A stretch of DNA of 41,982 nt, taken from the IMG/VR virus record IMGVR_UViG_3300048586_000061; one strand, given 5' to 3'. The notes below the pieces were generated by a model that ran no database searches, was not told the DNA's origin, and saw only the letters and a list, made by a program, of their open reading frames with translations. The stretch comes from a virus. Made by a program: the position numbers and the translations under genes. Shown here piece by piece: positions 33,532 to 41,574 of this stretch (positions are counted from its first letter, which is position 1; each line of letters starts with the position of its first letter).

Positions 33532-34737
33532 ATGGCGCGCAGGACCAAGGGCGACGGCTCCATCTATCAGCGAGCCGACGGCCGCTGGTGCTGCTCCATC
33601 GAGAACGGCGTCAACCCCGACGGCACCCGCCGCCGCAAGGTGCTCACCGCCAAGACGCAAGCCGAAGTCCTCGCCAAGTTGCGCGCCACCCGCCGCACCA
33701 AGGAGCAGTACGGGCACGTCCCCACCGGCGTCCCCACCGTCGAGAAGTGGCTAGCAACCTGGCTCGACGAGGTCTGCGTGCCCCGGCTCAAGCCCAAGAC
33801 CGTCGACGGCTATCGACACAAGGCAGCCCTCATCGTCGAAGCCATCGGCAAGGTGAAGCTCGACAAACTGTCCGCGTCCGACGTTCGCCGGATGCACCGC
33901 CACGCCGCCAGCGAAGGCCGCAACAACACCACCGCCATGCACTGTCACCGCGTCCTCAACACCGCCATGAAGAAGGCCGTAGCCGAGGGGCTGGTCACCC
34001 GCAACATCGTGGAGTCGGAGAAGGCGCCCAAGGCTGAGGTAGACGACGTCGTCACGTACTCCGTGCCGCAGGCCCGAGCGCTCCTCGACGCAGTATCCGC
34101 AGACCCCATCGCCGGGCGGTGGCTCATCGCCCTGCTGTACGGCGTGCGCCAGGGGGAGGCGCTAGGCCTGACGTGGGCATGCGTCGACTACAACGCCGGC
34201 AGCATCGCCCTGGACTGGCAGTTGCAGCGGCTCACCTGGCGGCACGGCTGCGGCGGCACGTGCGCCGCCAAACGTGGTGCGGCCTGCCCGCAACGCCACC
34301 ACGGCATCCCCGCAGGCATGGAGTACCGCCACCTCGAGGGCGCCTGGTTCCTGACGCGCCCCAAGCGGGACAGACGCCGCACCCTGCCCCTGCTCCCCAT
34401 CGTCGAAGCAACCCTGCGCGCCCGCTACGACCTCGCCGCCAGCCAGCCCAACCCTTACGGCCTCGTGTTCGCCCGCCCCGACGGGCGACCCTTCGACCCG
34501 GCACTGGACAACGCGGCATGGCACGCCTGGCTCAAAGCCGCCGGACTGCCCGACTCCAAGTTGCACTCAGCTCGGCACACGGCGGCGACGCTGCTGCAAG
34601 CCCTCGGAGTTCCCGAGGCCGTCCGCATGGAGATCCTGGGGCACTCCGTGGCGACGACGCAGCGCGGATACGCACACGTCGACCTGTCGTTGCAGCGCGA
34701 GGGCTTGGCGCAGCTCGGCGCCGCGCTCGAGGGCTAA
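33532..34737 (+). CDS. int: Tyrosine integrase
   Basis: GGAGGG RBS. N-terminal arm-binding GSIYQRADGRW. Catalytic region GVRQGEALGL...HSARHTAATLL...LGHSVATTQRGYAHV (R..HxxR..Y). Confidence 0.9.
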   Translation: MARRTKGDGSIYQRADGRWCCSIENGVNPDGTRRRKVLTAKTQAEVLAKLRATRRTKEQYGHVPTGVPTVEKWLATWLDEVCVPRLKPKTVDGYRHKAALIVEAIGKVKLDKLSASDVRRMHRHAASEGRNNTTAMHCHRVLNTAMKKAVAEGLVTRNIVESEKAPKAEVDDVVTYSVPQARALLDAVSADPIAGRWLIALLYGVRQGEALGLTWACVDYNAGSIALDWQLQRLTWRHGCGGTCAAKRGAACPQRHHGIPAGMEYRHLEGAWFLTRPKRDRRRTLPLLPIVEATLRARYDLAASQPNPYGLVFARPDGRPFDPALDNAAWHAWLKAAGLPDSKLHSARHTAATLLQALGVPEAVRMEILGHSVATTQRGYAHVDLSLQREGLAQLGAALEG

Positions 34738-35075
34738 GGCGCAAGCATCCGTTCGGCGACCTCGACGACCCCGACCTCGACCTGCGGCCCGTCATGGAGG
34801 GGACACGGGGGCCACGGGTCGAGGCGGAGCGGAACCGGTGTCAGGCACGGGCAGATCAGTGAGGGCAGCACGTCGGCCCACCCCGCGCCATTGTTGGCCG
34901 CGGGCACGCAGTAGTAGGCCCGGAACTCCGCCGCCTCTGATGGCGTGTAGAGGCGGCTGGCCTGGTCGTAGCAGTCGTCGTAGCGCATGACCGGTGGCAT
35001 GCACACGACGGTGACGCAGCCGCCGCGTGCGACGTGGATCTCGTCGACCTCGTCGACGATGGCGACCCTGAGCAT
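34734..35075 (-). CDS. Cys-rich hypothetical protein (113 aa), lysogeny-side moron
   Basis: Minus-strand codons have very GC-rich third positions. Lies downstream of the repressor gene on the same strand. Its stop overlaps the integrase stop (CTAA). No domain recognised. Confidence 0.6.
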   Translation of the reverse strand: MLRVAIVDEVDEIHVARGGCVTVVCMPPVMRYDDCYDQASRLYTPSEAAEFRAYYCVPAANNGAGWADVLPSLICPCLTPVPLRLDPWPPCPLHDGPQVEVGVVEVAERMLAP

Positions 35076-35081
35076 CTGGCG

Positions 35082-35096
35082 CCCCCCCCCCCCCCC
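35082..35096. repeat. Homopolymer C15 (G15 on the coding strand of the flanking genes)
   Basis: 15 consecutive C. On the minus strand it lies 6 nt upstream of the ATG at 35075. Confidence 0.9.
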
Positions 35097-35158
35097 GGAG
35101 TAAGTGGCCTCAACCTATGTGGGCCGCAACACCGTGTCCAGCACTTCGGAATGCCGTT

Positions 35159-35554
35159 TCAGTTTCCACGCCCTAGTATGCGCGCCACCTCCGACAGCGC
35201 CTCAGCTTGGTCCGCCGCCGCCCGCTGGGCGCGCTCGAACGCCGCCTCGATGGCGGACCGTTCGCCCTCCGTCAAGGTCACGGACTGGCCCACAACCCAC
35301 GCGGGCGCCGACGTCACAGTGGGGGGCTGATAGTCGGGGTCGCACAGCGCCCGCGCCGTACCGATCGGCCACCCGAACGCCGTGTCCAGCTTGCGGCAGG
35401 TCTGCGCGCTAATCGGCTTGTCGTGCCGGCCGCCGACAACGTCCGTCATGGTGGTGCTCGAGGGTCCGCCATGATCCTGTACCTCTTTCCAGGTCCACCC
35501 CGTCGCGTCAACGGCGGCGCGGACGCGCTCCGTGAGCGCAGGTGTGATTCTCAT
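35159..35554 (-). CDS. HTH (Xre/CI-like) immunity repressor candidate
   Basis: Divergent from the Cro-like gene. ...WKEVQDHGGPSSTTMTDVVGG...ISAQTCRKLDTAFGWPIGTARAL is HTH-like. Start is uncertain (ATG 35554 or 35566, TTG 35605). Confidence 0.6.
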   Translation of the reverse strand: MRITPALTERVRAAVDATGWTWKEVQDHGGPSSTTMTDVVGGRHDKPISAQTCRKLDTAFGWPIGTARALCDPDYQPPTVTSAPAWVVGQSVTLTEGERSAIEAAFERAQRAAADQAEALSEVARILGRGN

Positions 35555-35696
35555 GTCGGTAACCATGTGGGCAACTATGCCGCAAAAGCCAGCAGCAATC
35601 TGCAAACGACAACCGTGTGAGACGTTCGATTAGCAGTTTGCTCACCGGCGTGTCGAGCCCCTGACCTGCATCTTTGGCCCAATTTGCCGGTGATGC

Positions 35697-35726
35697 TTGC
35701 CCTTGGCTCACGTTTTGCTCTAGATT
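35697..35726 (+). promoter_or_regulatory. Early rightward promoter giving a leaderless transcript
   Basis: TTGCCC (35697-35702), 18-nt spacer, TAGATT (35721-35726). The ATG at 35733 lies 7 nt downstream of the -10, with no Shine-Dalgarno sequence. Confidence 0.5.
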
Positions 35727-35732
35727 GCTGCC

Positions 35733-36008
35733 ATGACCAGCAAGGCACCCAAGGTGACCCCGCCCCTCGTGGGCCTTGGCCACCTCCGCAAGGCCCACGG
35801 TTACACCCTCGACGACGTCGCCGAAGGCGTGCAGGCCATCACCGGACGTCGTTACACCGTCGGCGCCATCAGCGCCGTCGAGGGCGGACTGCGCCGCCCC
35901 TCCCCGTCCCTGCTCGCTGCGCTCCTTGAGTTCTACGAGATCACCGACGCGCCGCAGGTCTACCCGGAGCCCCGCCTGGTGCCGCGCCCAGCCCGGAGCG
36001 CCGCCTGA
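35733..36008 (+). CDS. Cro-like / Xre-family HTH regulator
   Basis: GLGHLRKAHGYTLDDVAEGV...ISAVEGGLRRPSPSLLAALLEFYEI is a classic HTH_XRE pattern. Confidence 0.75.
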   Translation: MTSKAPKVTPPLVGLGHLRKAHGYTLDDVAEGVQAITGRRYTVGAISAVEGGLRRPSPSLLAALLEFYEITDAPQVYPEPRLVPRPARSAA

Positions 36009-36190
36009 TGGACGCCCTCTCCTACTCCGTGCAGGACGCCGCTGCCGTGTGCGGCGTGTCCCCCGACACGATCCGCCGCGCCATCCGCGCCAAGGAACTC
36101 CCCGTGCGCTACCCGACGAGCCGCCCCGTGATCCTGCGGGCCGACCTCGAGGCGTGGCTGGCCGCCGCCCCCACGGAGCGTGCGTCTTGA
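36008..36190 (+). CDS. xis: Excisionase-family / MerR-like HTH DNA-binding protein
   Basis: YSVQDAAAVCGVSPDTIRRAIRAKELPV....ILRADLEAWL. Confidence 0.65.
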   Translation: MDALSYSVQDAAAVCGVSPDTIRRAIRAKELPVRYPTSRPVILRADLEAWLAAAPTERAS

Positions 36191-36681
36191 GCACCTACGC
36201 CACGAACCTCGCCTACCTCGCCAACGACCCCCACTGGGTCTACGTCATCTGGAACGGCGACGAGTGCGTCTACGTCGGAATGACCTCGGACTGGCGAAAC
36301 CGCACCGGCGTCCACGCGAAGAACTACCTCGCCACGGGGCGCGCAACGCACATCGACGTGTGGGCCGCAGCGAACGGCCGCGCCGACGCCGAGACGGTCG
36401 AGCAGCAGACGATTCGCGACCTGGACCCCGTCGACAACCGCCAGCACAGCCCCCGCACCGAGAGCCGCCGTCAGGCATGGGCCTACTTCAGCGAGTGGCG
36501 CCACGCCTACGAGCGCATCAGCTACGACTATCCGCCGAACGTGTGGGCGCTCGACCACGACTCGGTGGCGAAGGCGCACGCCGCCCTCGACCTGTGGGGC
36601 TACCGCGACCACTCGCAGTTCATCCCCGACGAGGACCACCTCACCCGGCTCCGAGAGCGGTACGCCCGCCTCACGGCCTAG
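36187..36681 (+). CDS. GIY-YIG nuclease-domain protein
   Basis: TTG at 36187 (TTGA overlap). WVYVIWNGDECVYVGMTSDWRNRTGVH...ETVEQQTIRDLDPVDN follows the GIY..YIG..R..H..E..N order. Confidence 0.55.
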   Translation: MSTYATNLAYLANDPHWVYVIWNGDECVYVGMTSDWRNRTGVHAKNYLATGRATHIDVWAAANGRADAETVEQQTIRDLDPVDNRQHSPRTESRRQAWAYFSEWRHAYERISYDYPPNVWALDHDSVAKAHAALDLWGYRDHSQFIPDEDHLTRLRERYARLTA

Positions 36682-36691
36682 CCCCCATGTC

Positions 36692-36760
36692 GCAGCGGCG
36701 CCCCTCTCTCCGCCGCTGCCCCGCCGCCGGGCGTCCGACCGCCCCCCGACGCCCGGCGGC
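36692..36760 (+). terminator. Two tandem hairpins (9-bp and 13-bp perfect stems)
   Basis: GCAGCGGCG pairs with CGCCGCTGC (36692/36711). GCCGCCGGGCGTC pairs with GACGCCCGGCGGC (36723/36748). Confidence 0.55.
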
Positions 36761-36796
36761 AACCCCAGACCACCTCACGACCACTGAGGAGCACTA

Positions 36797-36979
36797 ATGC
36801 ACATCACGACAGTAGGTATCGAGTTCCATGCCGACGACCCCATCGAGGGCATCGACACGGGAACTGTCGCCATTGGTGGCGCGTGGATGTACTCCGGCGA
36901 GCCCGACGCATGGGAGCGGCTCGCGGCTGAGGCACTGTCCGCCGCCAACGCCCTCCGCGTCCCAGGCGGTGCGGCATGA
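36797..36979 (+). CDS. Hypothetical protein
   Basis: ATG after GAGGAG. Track ORF. Confidence 0.6.
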   Translation: MHITTVGIEFHADDPIEGIDTGTVAIGGAWMYSGEPDAWERLAAEALSAANALRVPGGAA

Positions 36980-37149
36980 GCGACTACGACCGAGCCCCCA
37001 ACCCGTTCGAGATCCGCGAGTGGGCACTGACCAGCGCCGTGCGGCTCCTGGCTTCCTCGGCCACGACGGCACACCCGATCAGCCTCGGCGCGAACACCGT
37101 TGCGGTGGCGCGCAAGTTCGAGGCGTACTTGGCTGGGGATAAGCGGTGA
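36976..37149 (+). CDS. Hypothetical protein (57 aa)
   Basis: ATGA and GTGA overlaps at the two ends. Below the track cutoff. Confidence 0.45.
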   Translation: MSDYDRAPNPFEIREWALTSAVRLLASSATTAHPISLGANTVAVARKFEAYLAGDKR

Positions 37150-37376
37150 AGCGCCTCGGTTGGGCGGAGCTGTTCTGCCTCGGCGTCCTCGCCATCCTCG
37201 CGCTGAACATCGGCGCCCACTACGGCTGGCTGCCCGCACTGCTCGCCCTGTTCGTCCTCGTCGCCACGGCTCGCATGTTCATCGCTGACGCGCAGGTCGA
37301 TGAGGCGTTGGACCGGCTCGACGGTGTGCGCCAGGAGCACGTCATCGACGGGCATATCGGGGGCCGTCGTGGCTGA
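37146..37376 (+). CDS. Membrane protein (two TM segments)
   Basis: LFCLGVLAILALNI and LPALLALFVLVA. Confidence 0.6.
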   Translation: MKRLGWAELFCLGVLAILALNIGAHYGWLPALLALFVLVATARMFIADAQVDEALDRLDGVRQEHVIDGHIGGRRG

Positions 37377-38100
37377 GCTGCTGTTCAAGTTCACCGCTTC
37401 CGGACGCCGCCCCACGCACGCCGGCAACGGGTTCGTGTGGCCCGCGCCGTCCGGGAAGCGCCCCGGCAAGTGGACTGACCGGGTGCCCGAGGTGGTGCCG
37501 TGCGAGTCCGGGTATCACCTGACGACAGCGGCGCACCTCCTCGACTGGACGCACGCCGAACTGTGGGTGGCGGAGGGTCGCGGCGTCCGGGTCGACGCTG
37601 GCAACAAGGTGGCGTTTGAGTCGGCGCGGCTGGTGCGTCGCGTTGATGCGTGGAATGAGCGGACGGCGCGGGAGTTCGCGTGCTGGTGTGCTGAGCAGGC
37701 GTTGCCGTTCGCGGACGAGAAGACCCGCGCGGTGTGCGTGGACACGATCGCGGTGGCACGTGCTTACGCCGCTGGTAGTGCCACAGTCGCACAGTTGGAC
37801 GCCGCACGGGACGCCGCACGGGCCGCCGCACGGGACGCCGCATGGGCCGCCGCACGGGACGCCGCACGGGCCGCCGCACGGGACGCCGCATGGGACGCCG
37901 CATGGGACGCCGCACGGGACGCCGCACGGGCCGCCGCACGGGACGCCGCACGGGCCGCCGCACGGGCCGCCGCACGGGCCGCCGCACGGGCCGCCGCACG
38001 GGCCGCCGCACGGGACGCCGCATGGGACGCCGCATGGGACGCCGCATGGGACGCGCAAACCGCGCACCTCCTCGACATGTTGGGACTCACCGATGACTGA
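37369..38100 (+). CDS. Two-part protein: globular N-terminal domain plus 84-residue (AA[R/W][D/A])21 repeat
   Basis: GTG at 37369 (8-nt overlap). N-terminus GNGFVWPAPSGK...CESGYHLT...LWVAEG..., then W.ERTAREFACWCAEQALPF..., then the repeat. Confidence 0.65.
   Translation: MAELLFKFTASGRRPTHAGNGFVWPAPSGKRPGKWTDRVPEVVPCESGYHLTTAAHLLDWTHAELWVAEGRGVRVDAGNKVAFESARLVRRVDAWNERTAREFACWCAEQALPFADEKTRAVCVDTIAVARAYAAGSATVAQLDAARDAARAAARDAAWAAARDAARAAARDAAWDAAWDAARDAARAAARDAARAAARAAARAAARAAARAAARDAAWDAAWDAAWDAQTAHLLDMLGLTDD
37801..38052 (+). repeat. 12-bp tandem repeat GCCGCA[C/T]GGG[A/C]C x 21
   Basis: 21 contiguous units counted by hand. Only positions 7 and 11 of the unit vary. No stop codon in any of the six frames. 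Confidence 0.95.
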
Positions 38101-38281
38101 CGCCGTCCGCGCGCCCCTCTCCCGCTGCCAGTCCGCGCTTCACGTCGCCCTCAACGCCTGCCTGGACGCCATCGACGCCGGCGACGTCACCCTCGAAACG
38201 GGACAGCAGATCATCGACTACACGTCGCAGGCGCTCGGTGCGGCGCACCTCGCGGCGAGAAACGACGAGGTAAGCGCATGA
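38093..38281 (+). CDS. Hypothetical protein
   Basis: ATG at 38093, overlapping the upstream stop by 8 nt. In frame with the tail of track ORF 37616..38281. Confidence 0.5.
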   Translation: MTDAVRAPLSRCQSALHVALNACLDAIDAGDVTLETGQQIIDYTSQALGAAHLAARNDEVSA

Positions 38282-38952
38282 GCCTGACCATCCTCCCCGA
38301 CCTCGAGCAGGGCAGCGACGCATGGCATGACCAGCGCCGCGGAATCGTCACCGCGTCGATGGTGGGCCGCCTGCTCACGTCCACCGGCAAGGTCGCCAAC
38401 AACGACACCAGCCGAACCCTGACCGCGCAGCTCGTCGCGGAACGGATCACGGGCTGGACGGATCCGGTGTTCGTGTCCGACGACATGCTGCGCGGCCACG
38501 ACGACGAGCCCCGCGCCGTTGAGGTGTACGCCGAGCATTACGCACCCGTCGAGACCGTCGGGTTCATGGTGCGGGAGTTCGACCACGGCATGCGGCTGGG
38601 CTACTCACCGGACGGGCTCGTGGGTGATGACGGGCTGATCGAGGTCAAGTCGCGCCGAGCCAAGAAGCAGCTGCAGACGATCCTCGAGGACGAGGTTCCC
38701 GCCGAGAACATGGCGCAGTTGCAGTGCGGGCTACTCGTCAGCGGGCGCGCATTCGTTGACTACGTGAGCTTCTGCGGCGGAATGCCCTTGTACGTCAAGC
38801 GCATCGAGCCGGACCCCGAGTGGTTCGAGGCCATCGAGCAGGCCGTCACCAACTTCGAGGTTGCCGCCGCCCTCATGGTCGCCGACTACGAGGCCGCCAT
38901 CACCGGCCGACCAACCACCGAGCGCGTCATCGAACTGGAAATGGTCCTGTGA
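38278..38952 (+). CDS. YqaJ-type viral recombinase exonuclease (lambda Exo-like)
   Basis: EQGSDAWHDQRRGIVTASMV...SPDGLV..GLIEVKS...Q.QCGLLVSG matches the PD-(D/E)xK YqaJ pattern. Confidence 0.8.
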   Translation: MSLTILPDLEQGSDAWHDQRRGIVTASMVGRLLTSTGKVANNDTSRTLTAQLVAERITGWTDPVFVSDDMLRGHDDEPRAVEVYAEHYAPVETVGFMVREFDHGMRLGYSPDGLVGDDGLIEVKSRRAKKQLQTILEDEVPAENMAQLQCGLLVSGRAFVDYVSFCGGMPLYVKRIEPDPEWFEAIEQAVTNFEVAAALMVADYEAAITGRPTTERVIELEMVL

Positions 38953-39737
38953 CGCCCGACGAGCGCGCGGCTCTGTGCGCGCTGGCAGAGGCGCAGCGGG
39001 GCGACGGTAACCCCCTGAGCGACGGAGTGCTCGCTCTGCTCGTCGACCACGCCGACGCGCTGGATGCGGTCGAGGTCTGGCAGGAGCGCGAGGGCCGGGC
39101 CGTGTTGGAGATCCACTACCTCGTGGGACAGAACCTCGAAGCCGCCGAGCGGGCACAACGGGAGATCGAGCGGCTCCGTGACGTAGCGGCCCGCGACGAC
39201 GGCCTCGTCCTGTGCGACTGCGAGCGGGGCCACATCGTCGCCCTCGCCTGCATCGGTGACCGTGCGGCCGGTGAGTGTCCCCTGTGTGAACGGGACGACG
39301 CACGCGACGCGGAACACCGGGCCGCGGCGCGACTGGTCGAGGCTACGGCGCAGATCCGTCGGCTGGCGGACGAGCGTAACGCGCTAAGGGAGATCCGCGC
39401 GGGCCTGTCGGATCGGGTTGACGTAGCCGAGGCGACGATGGTCGACCTGTTCGCGGACCTGGCGGAAGTCAAGCGCGAGAACGAGTTGCTGATGATTGCT
39501 CACGCGGGCAAGGCGACCGAGTTTCGCGCCGAGCGTGACGAGGCGCGGGCTGCTGCGCGGGACGCCAACGACCGACTCGACAAGGTGCGGGCGCTGCACC
39601 AGCCCGGTGTGGTCTACGGACTCGCCGACCAGTGCCTCGGCTGCCATGAGGCCGTTCCCGACGGCGCGGGAATCGACTACGCCGACTGCCCCACTATCCG
39701 CGCGCTCGAAACCTCTGAGACCACAACGGAGCCGTGA
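38949..39737 (+). CDS. Coiled-coil, Cys-containing hypothetical protein
   Basis: GTGA overlap. In frame with track ORF 38820..39737. Confidence 0.6.
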   Translation: MTPDERAALCALAEAQRGDGNPLSDGVLALLVDHADALDAVEVWQEREGRAVLEIHYLVGQNLEAAERAQREIERLRDVAARDDGLVLCDCERGHIVALACIGDRAAGECPLCERDDARDAEHRAAARLVEATAQIRRLADERNALREIRAGLSDRVDVAEATMVDLFADLAEVKRENELLMIAHAGKATEFRAERDEARAAARDANDRLDKVRALHQPGVVYGLADQCLGCHEAVPDGAGIDYADCPTIRALETSETTTEP

Positions 39738-40453
39738 TGGACCTCACTGAAAGCATCGCCCCAAAGTCCGACCAGCTGAACGCCGAAGACCTGCTGACCG
39801 GGCCGCGCACGTTCACCGTGGACAAGGTCAGCAAGGGCAGCGCCGAGCAGCCCGTCGACATTCACCTCGTCGAGTTCCCTGGCCGCCCGTTCCGCCCCAG
39901 CAAGACGGTGCGCCGGATCCTGGTGAACGCGTGGGGGCCGGACGCGAACACGTACACGGGTCGCCGGATGACGTTGTACCGCGACCCTGCTGTGAAGTTC
40001 GGCGGCATGGACGTCGGCGGCATCCGCGTGTCGCATCTCAGCCACATCGAGAAGCCGCTGTCGGTCGCGCTCACCGTGTCCCGCGGTAAGCGGCAGGCAT
40101 ACAAGGTGCTGCCCCTCGTGGACGCACCCCCGCCGCGAACGCGCGGCCCGCAAACGGACGACGGGGCGGCGCGTGCGACCGCGCTAACGGATGGCGCGGA
40201 GGTTACTGACCTTCCCTCCGCCGCCGACGCCCCCGCCCCGTCGTCTGACCGACTGTTCAACGGCGGCGACCGGGAACGTGCCGCGAAACGCATGTTCGCC
40301 GAGTTCAACAAGCACCCTGACCTGGCGTCCCGTGACGACCGCCTCGGATTCTGCGGACTCACCGTCGGCCGGCCCATCGCATCGTCGGAGGACTTGACGA
40401 CCGCTGAGCTGCTGGCCGTGGCGGACGCGCTGGCTAAGCGGGTGACGGAATGA
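39734..40453 (+). CDS. Conserved-looking early protein of unknown function, next to the exonuclease
   Basis: GTGATG start region. Track ORF. It could be a recombination partner, but no SSAP motif was recognised. Confidence 0.6.
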   Translation: MMDLTESIAPKSDQLNAEDLLTGPRTFTVDKVSKGSAEQPVDIHLVEFPGRPFRPSKTVRRILVNAWGPDANTYTGRRMTLYRDPAVKFGGMDVGGIRVSHLSHIEKPLSVALTVSRGKRQAYKVLPLVDAPPPRTRGPQTDDGAARATALTDGAEVTDLPSAADAPAPSSDRLFNGGDRERAAKRMFAEFNKHPDLASRDDRLGFCGLTVGRPIASSEDLTTAELLAVADALAKRVTE

Positions 40454-40638
40454 CGCCGCGACGCATCCGCATCGCCCGGGCACGCCGCCCCGCACCGCGA
40501 CTCGTGAAGGTCCGGGGCCACAACCTCACACAGCAGGACGTCGACAACATCCGCGACCACGTCAGGGCCGCGCTCACGCAGTGGCGTCGAGGCGGGGCGT
40601 TCGTGATCACCGACGACCGGATCGAGGTGCAGTGGTGA
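40450..40638 (+). CDS. Hypothetical basic protein
   Basis: ATGA overlap. Track ORF. Confidence 0.55.
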   Translation: MTPRRIRIARARRPAPRLVKVRGHNLTQQDVDNIRDHVRAALTQWRRGGAFVITDDRIEVQW

Positions 40639-40868
40639 TGCCGCCCCGCACGGTGGTCCTCACTGCCGCCGCTGCCCTGTTCGCCTGCTGGTTCGTCTAC
40701 ACCCGCCCCCTCGCCGCGCTCGCCATCGTCGGTATCGCCGTGGTCGTCCTCGGCTGCATCGGGTTCGTGGGGACGGTCGGCTACTTCATCTTCGGATGGC
40801 GCACGGCACCCGCCACTGAGGTTGAGCTGGACGACGACGAGGCCGACGCGGCTGGTGCGCCGTGGTGA
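40638..40868 (+). CDS. Membrane protein (two TM segments)
   Basis: TGATG overlap (GTG 40635 is an alternative start). VVLTAAAALFACWFV and LAIVGIAVVVLGCIGFVGTVGYFIF. Confidence 0.6.
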   Translation: MPPRTVVLTAAAALFACWFVYTRPLAALAIVGIAVVVLGCIGFVGTVGYFIFGWRTAPATEVELDDDEADAAGAPW

Positions 40869-41095
40869 CCGTCGACGCTGCCCACAACCCGTGTCAGGGC
40901 TGCGGCACCAACCTGGGCGACAACCCGCCCGCCACCCACTGCGGCGACTGCCCGCCGTGGACCTGCCCGACCTGTGGCGACACCGACTCGATGACCGCCC
41001 CGTGCGGCTGCTGGGTCACGTTCGACGGGCTCCCGCTCGCTGACATCAAGGGCCATCTGGCCGCACTCGATCTGTCCGTTGGGGGCACCCGATGA
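40865..41095 (+). CDS. Cys-rich zinc-ribbon-like small protein (paralog of 41831..206)
   Basis: GTGA overlap. CQGC...CGDC...CPTC...CGC. Confidence 0.65.
   Translation: MTVDAAHNPCQGCGTNLGDNPPATHCGDCPPWTCPTCGDTDSMTAPCGCWVTFDGLPLADIKGHLAALDLSVGGTR
40890..41016 (+). repeat. Copy B of the repeat (internal)
   Basis: Identical to 1..127. Identity with copy C extends upstream: 40873..41016 = 41839..41982 (144 nt exact), and 152 nt with one mismatch starting at 40865/41831. Confidence 0.95.
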
Positions 41096-41574
41096 CCGCC
41101 GACGCTGCCCACGGCGCGGCAGTGGCCGAGGCGCCCGCGTTCGAGGACGCCACACGACAGGCCGTCGCTACGGCGATGGTGCAGGGCGGATTCGATGACT
41201 GGACCGAGTGCTGCGAGTACCGGAGTGAGTGCGAATGCCCAACCCCGTTCACGTGGCACCGCTGCGGCGACTGTGACCACGCCGACCGCCCATGCGCCTG
41301 CGCTGGCGTGCCGTGGATCAACGACGAGACGTGGCAGCGCATGTACCCGTGGGTCACGTCCGCCCTCGCCACCGTCGCCGTCGAGACGTTGACGCCGCTG
41401 ATCGAGGCCGACCTGCGGGAGCGCATCGCGGCTGACATCGAGGTCGCGTGCCTCGCCGCCGTTCACTCCCGCACCGTCTCGCCGGGCGGCAGCGGGCCGT
41501 CCGAGCCTGGCCTGTGCATCCGATGTGGTCGCGCCGCGCGTCTCGTCCGTGAGGCAGCCGAGGTGACGGGATGA
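41092..41574 (+). CDS. Cys-rich hypothetical protein (long paralog of 769..1047)
   Basis: ATGA overlap. MTADAAH N-terminus. Central CCEYRSECECP...CGDCDH...CAC cluster. Confidence 0.65.
   Translation: MTADAAHGAAVAEAPAFEDATRQAVATAMVQGGFDDWTECCEYRSECECPTPFTWHRCGDCDHADRPCACAGVPWINDETWQRMYPWVTSALATVAVETLTPLIEADLRERIAADIEVACLAAVHSRTVSPGGSGPSEPGLCIRCGRAARLVREAAEVTG

Noticed and set aside
34792-35113. Alternative minus-strand ORFs 34792..35004 and 34856..35113 near the integrase
   Set aside because: They overlap the better-supported 34734..35075 frame, which has GC-rich third positions. Their translations are Arg/Pro/Ala low-complexity sequence.
37801-38052. Possible CRISPR array
   Set aside because: The units are 12 bp and directly abutting, with no spacers. 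The array lies inside a coding frame. This is a coding tandem repeat.
37342-38281. Multiple overlapping ORFs on both strands across 37.3-38.3 kb (PHGTPHG.., MGRRTGRR.., AASRAAAR.. translations)
   Set aside because: They exist only because the 12-bp repeat has no stop codon in any frame. Only the frame continuous with the globular N-terminal domain (37369..38100) has a sensible gene context.
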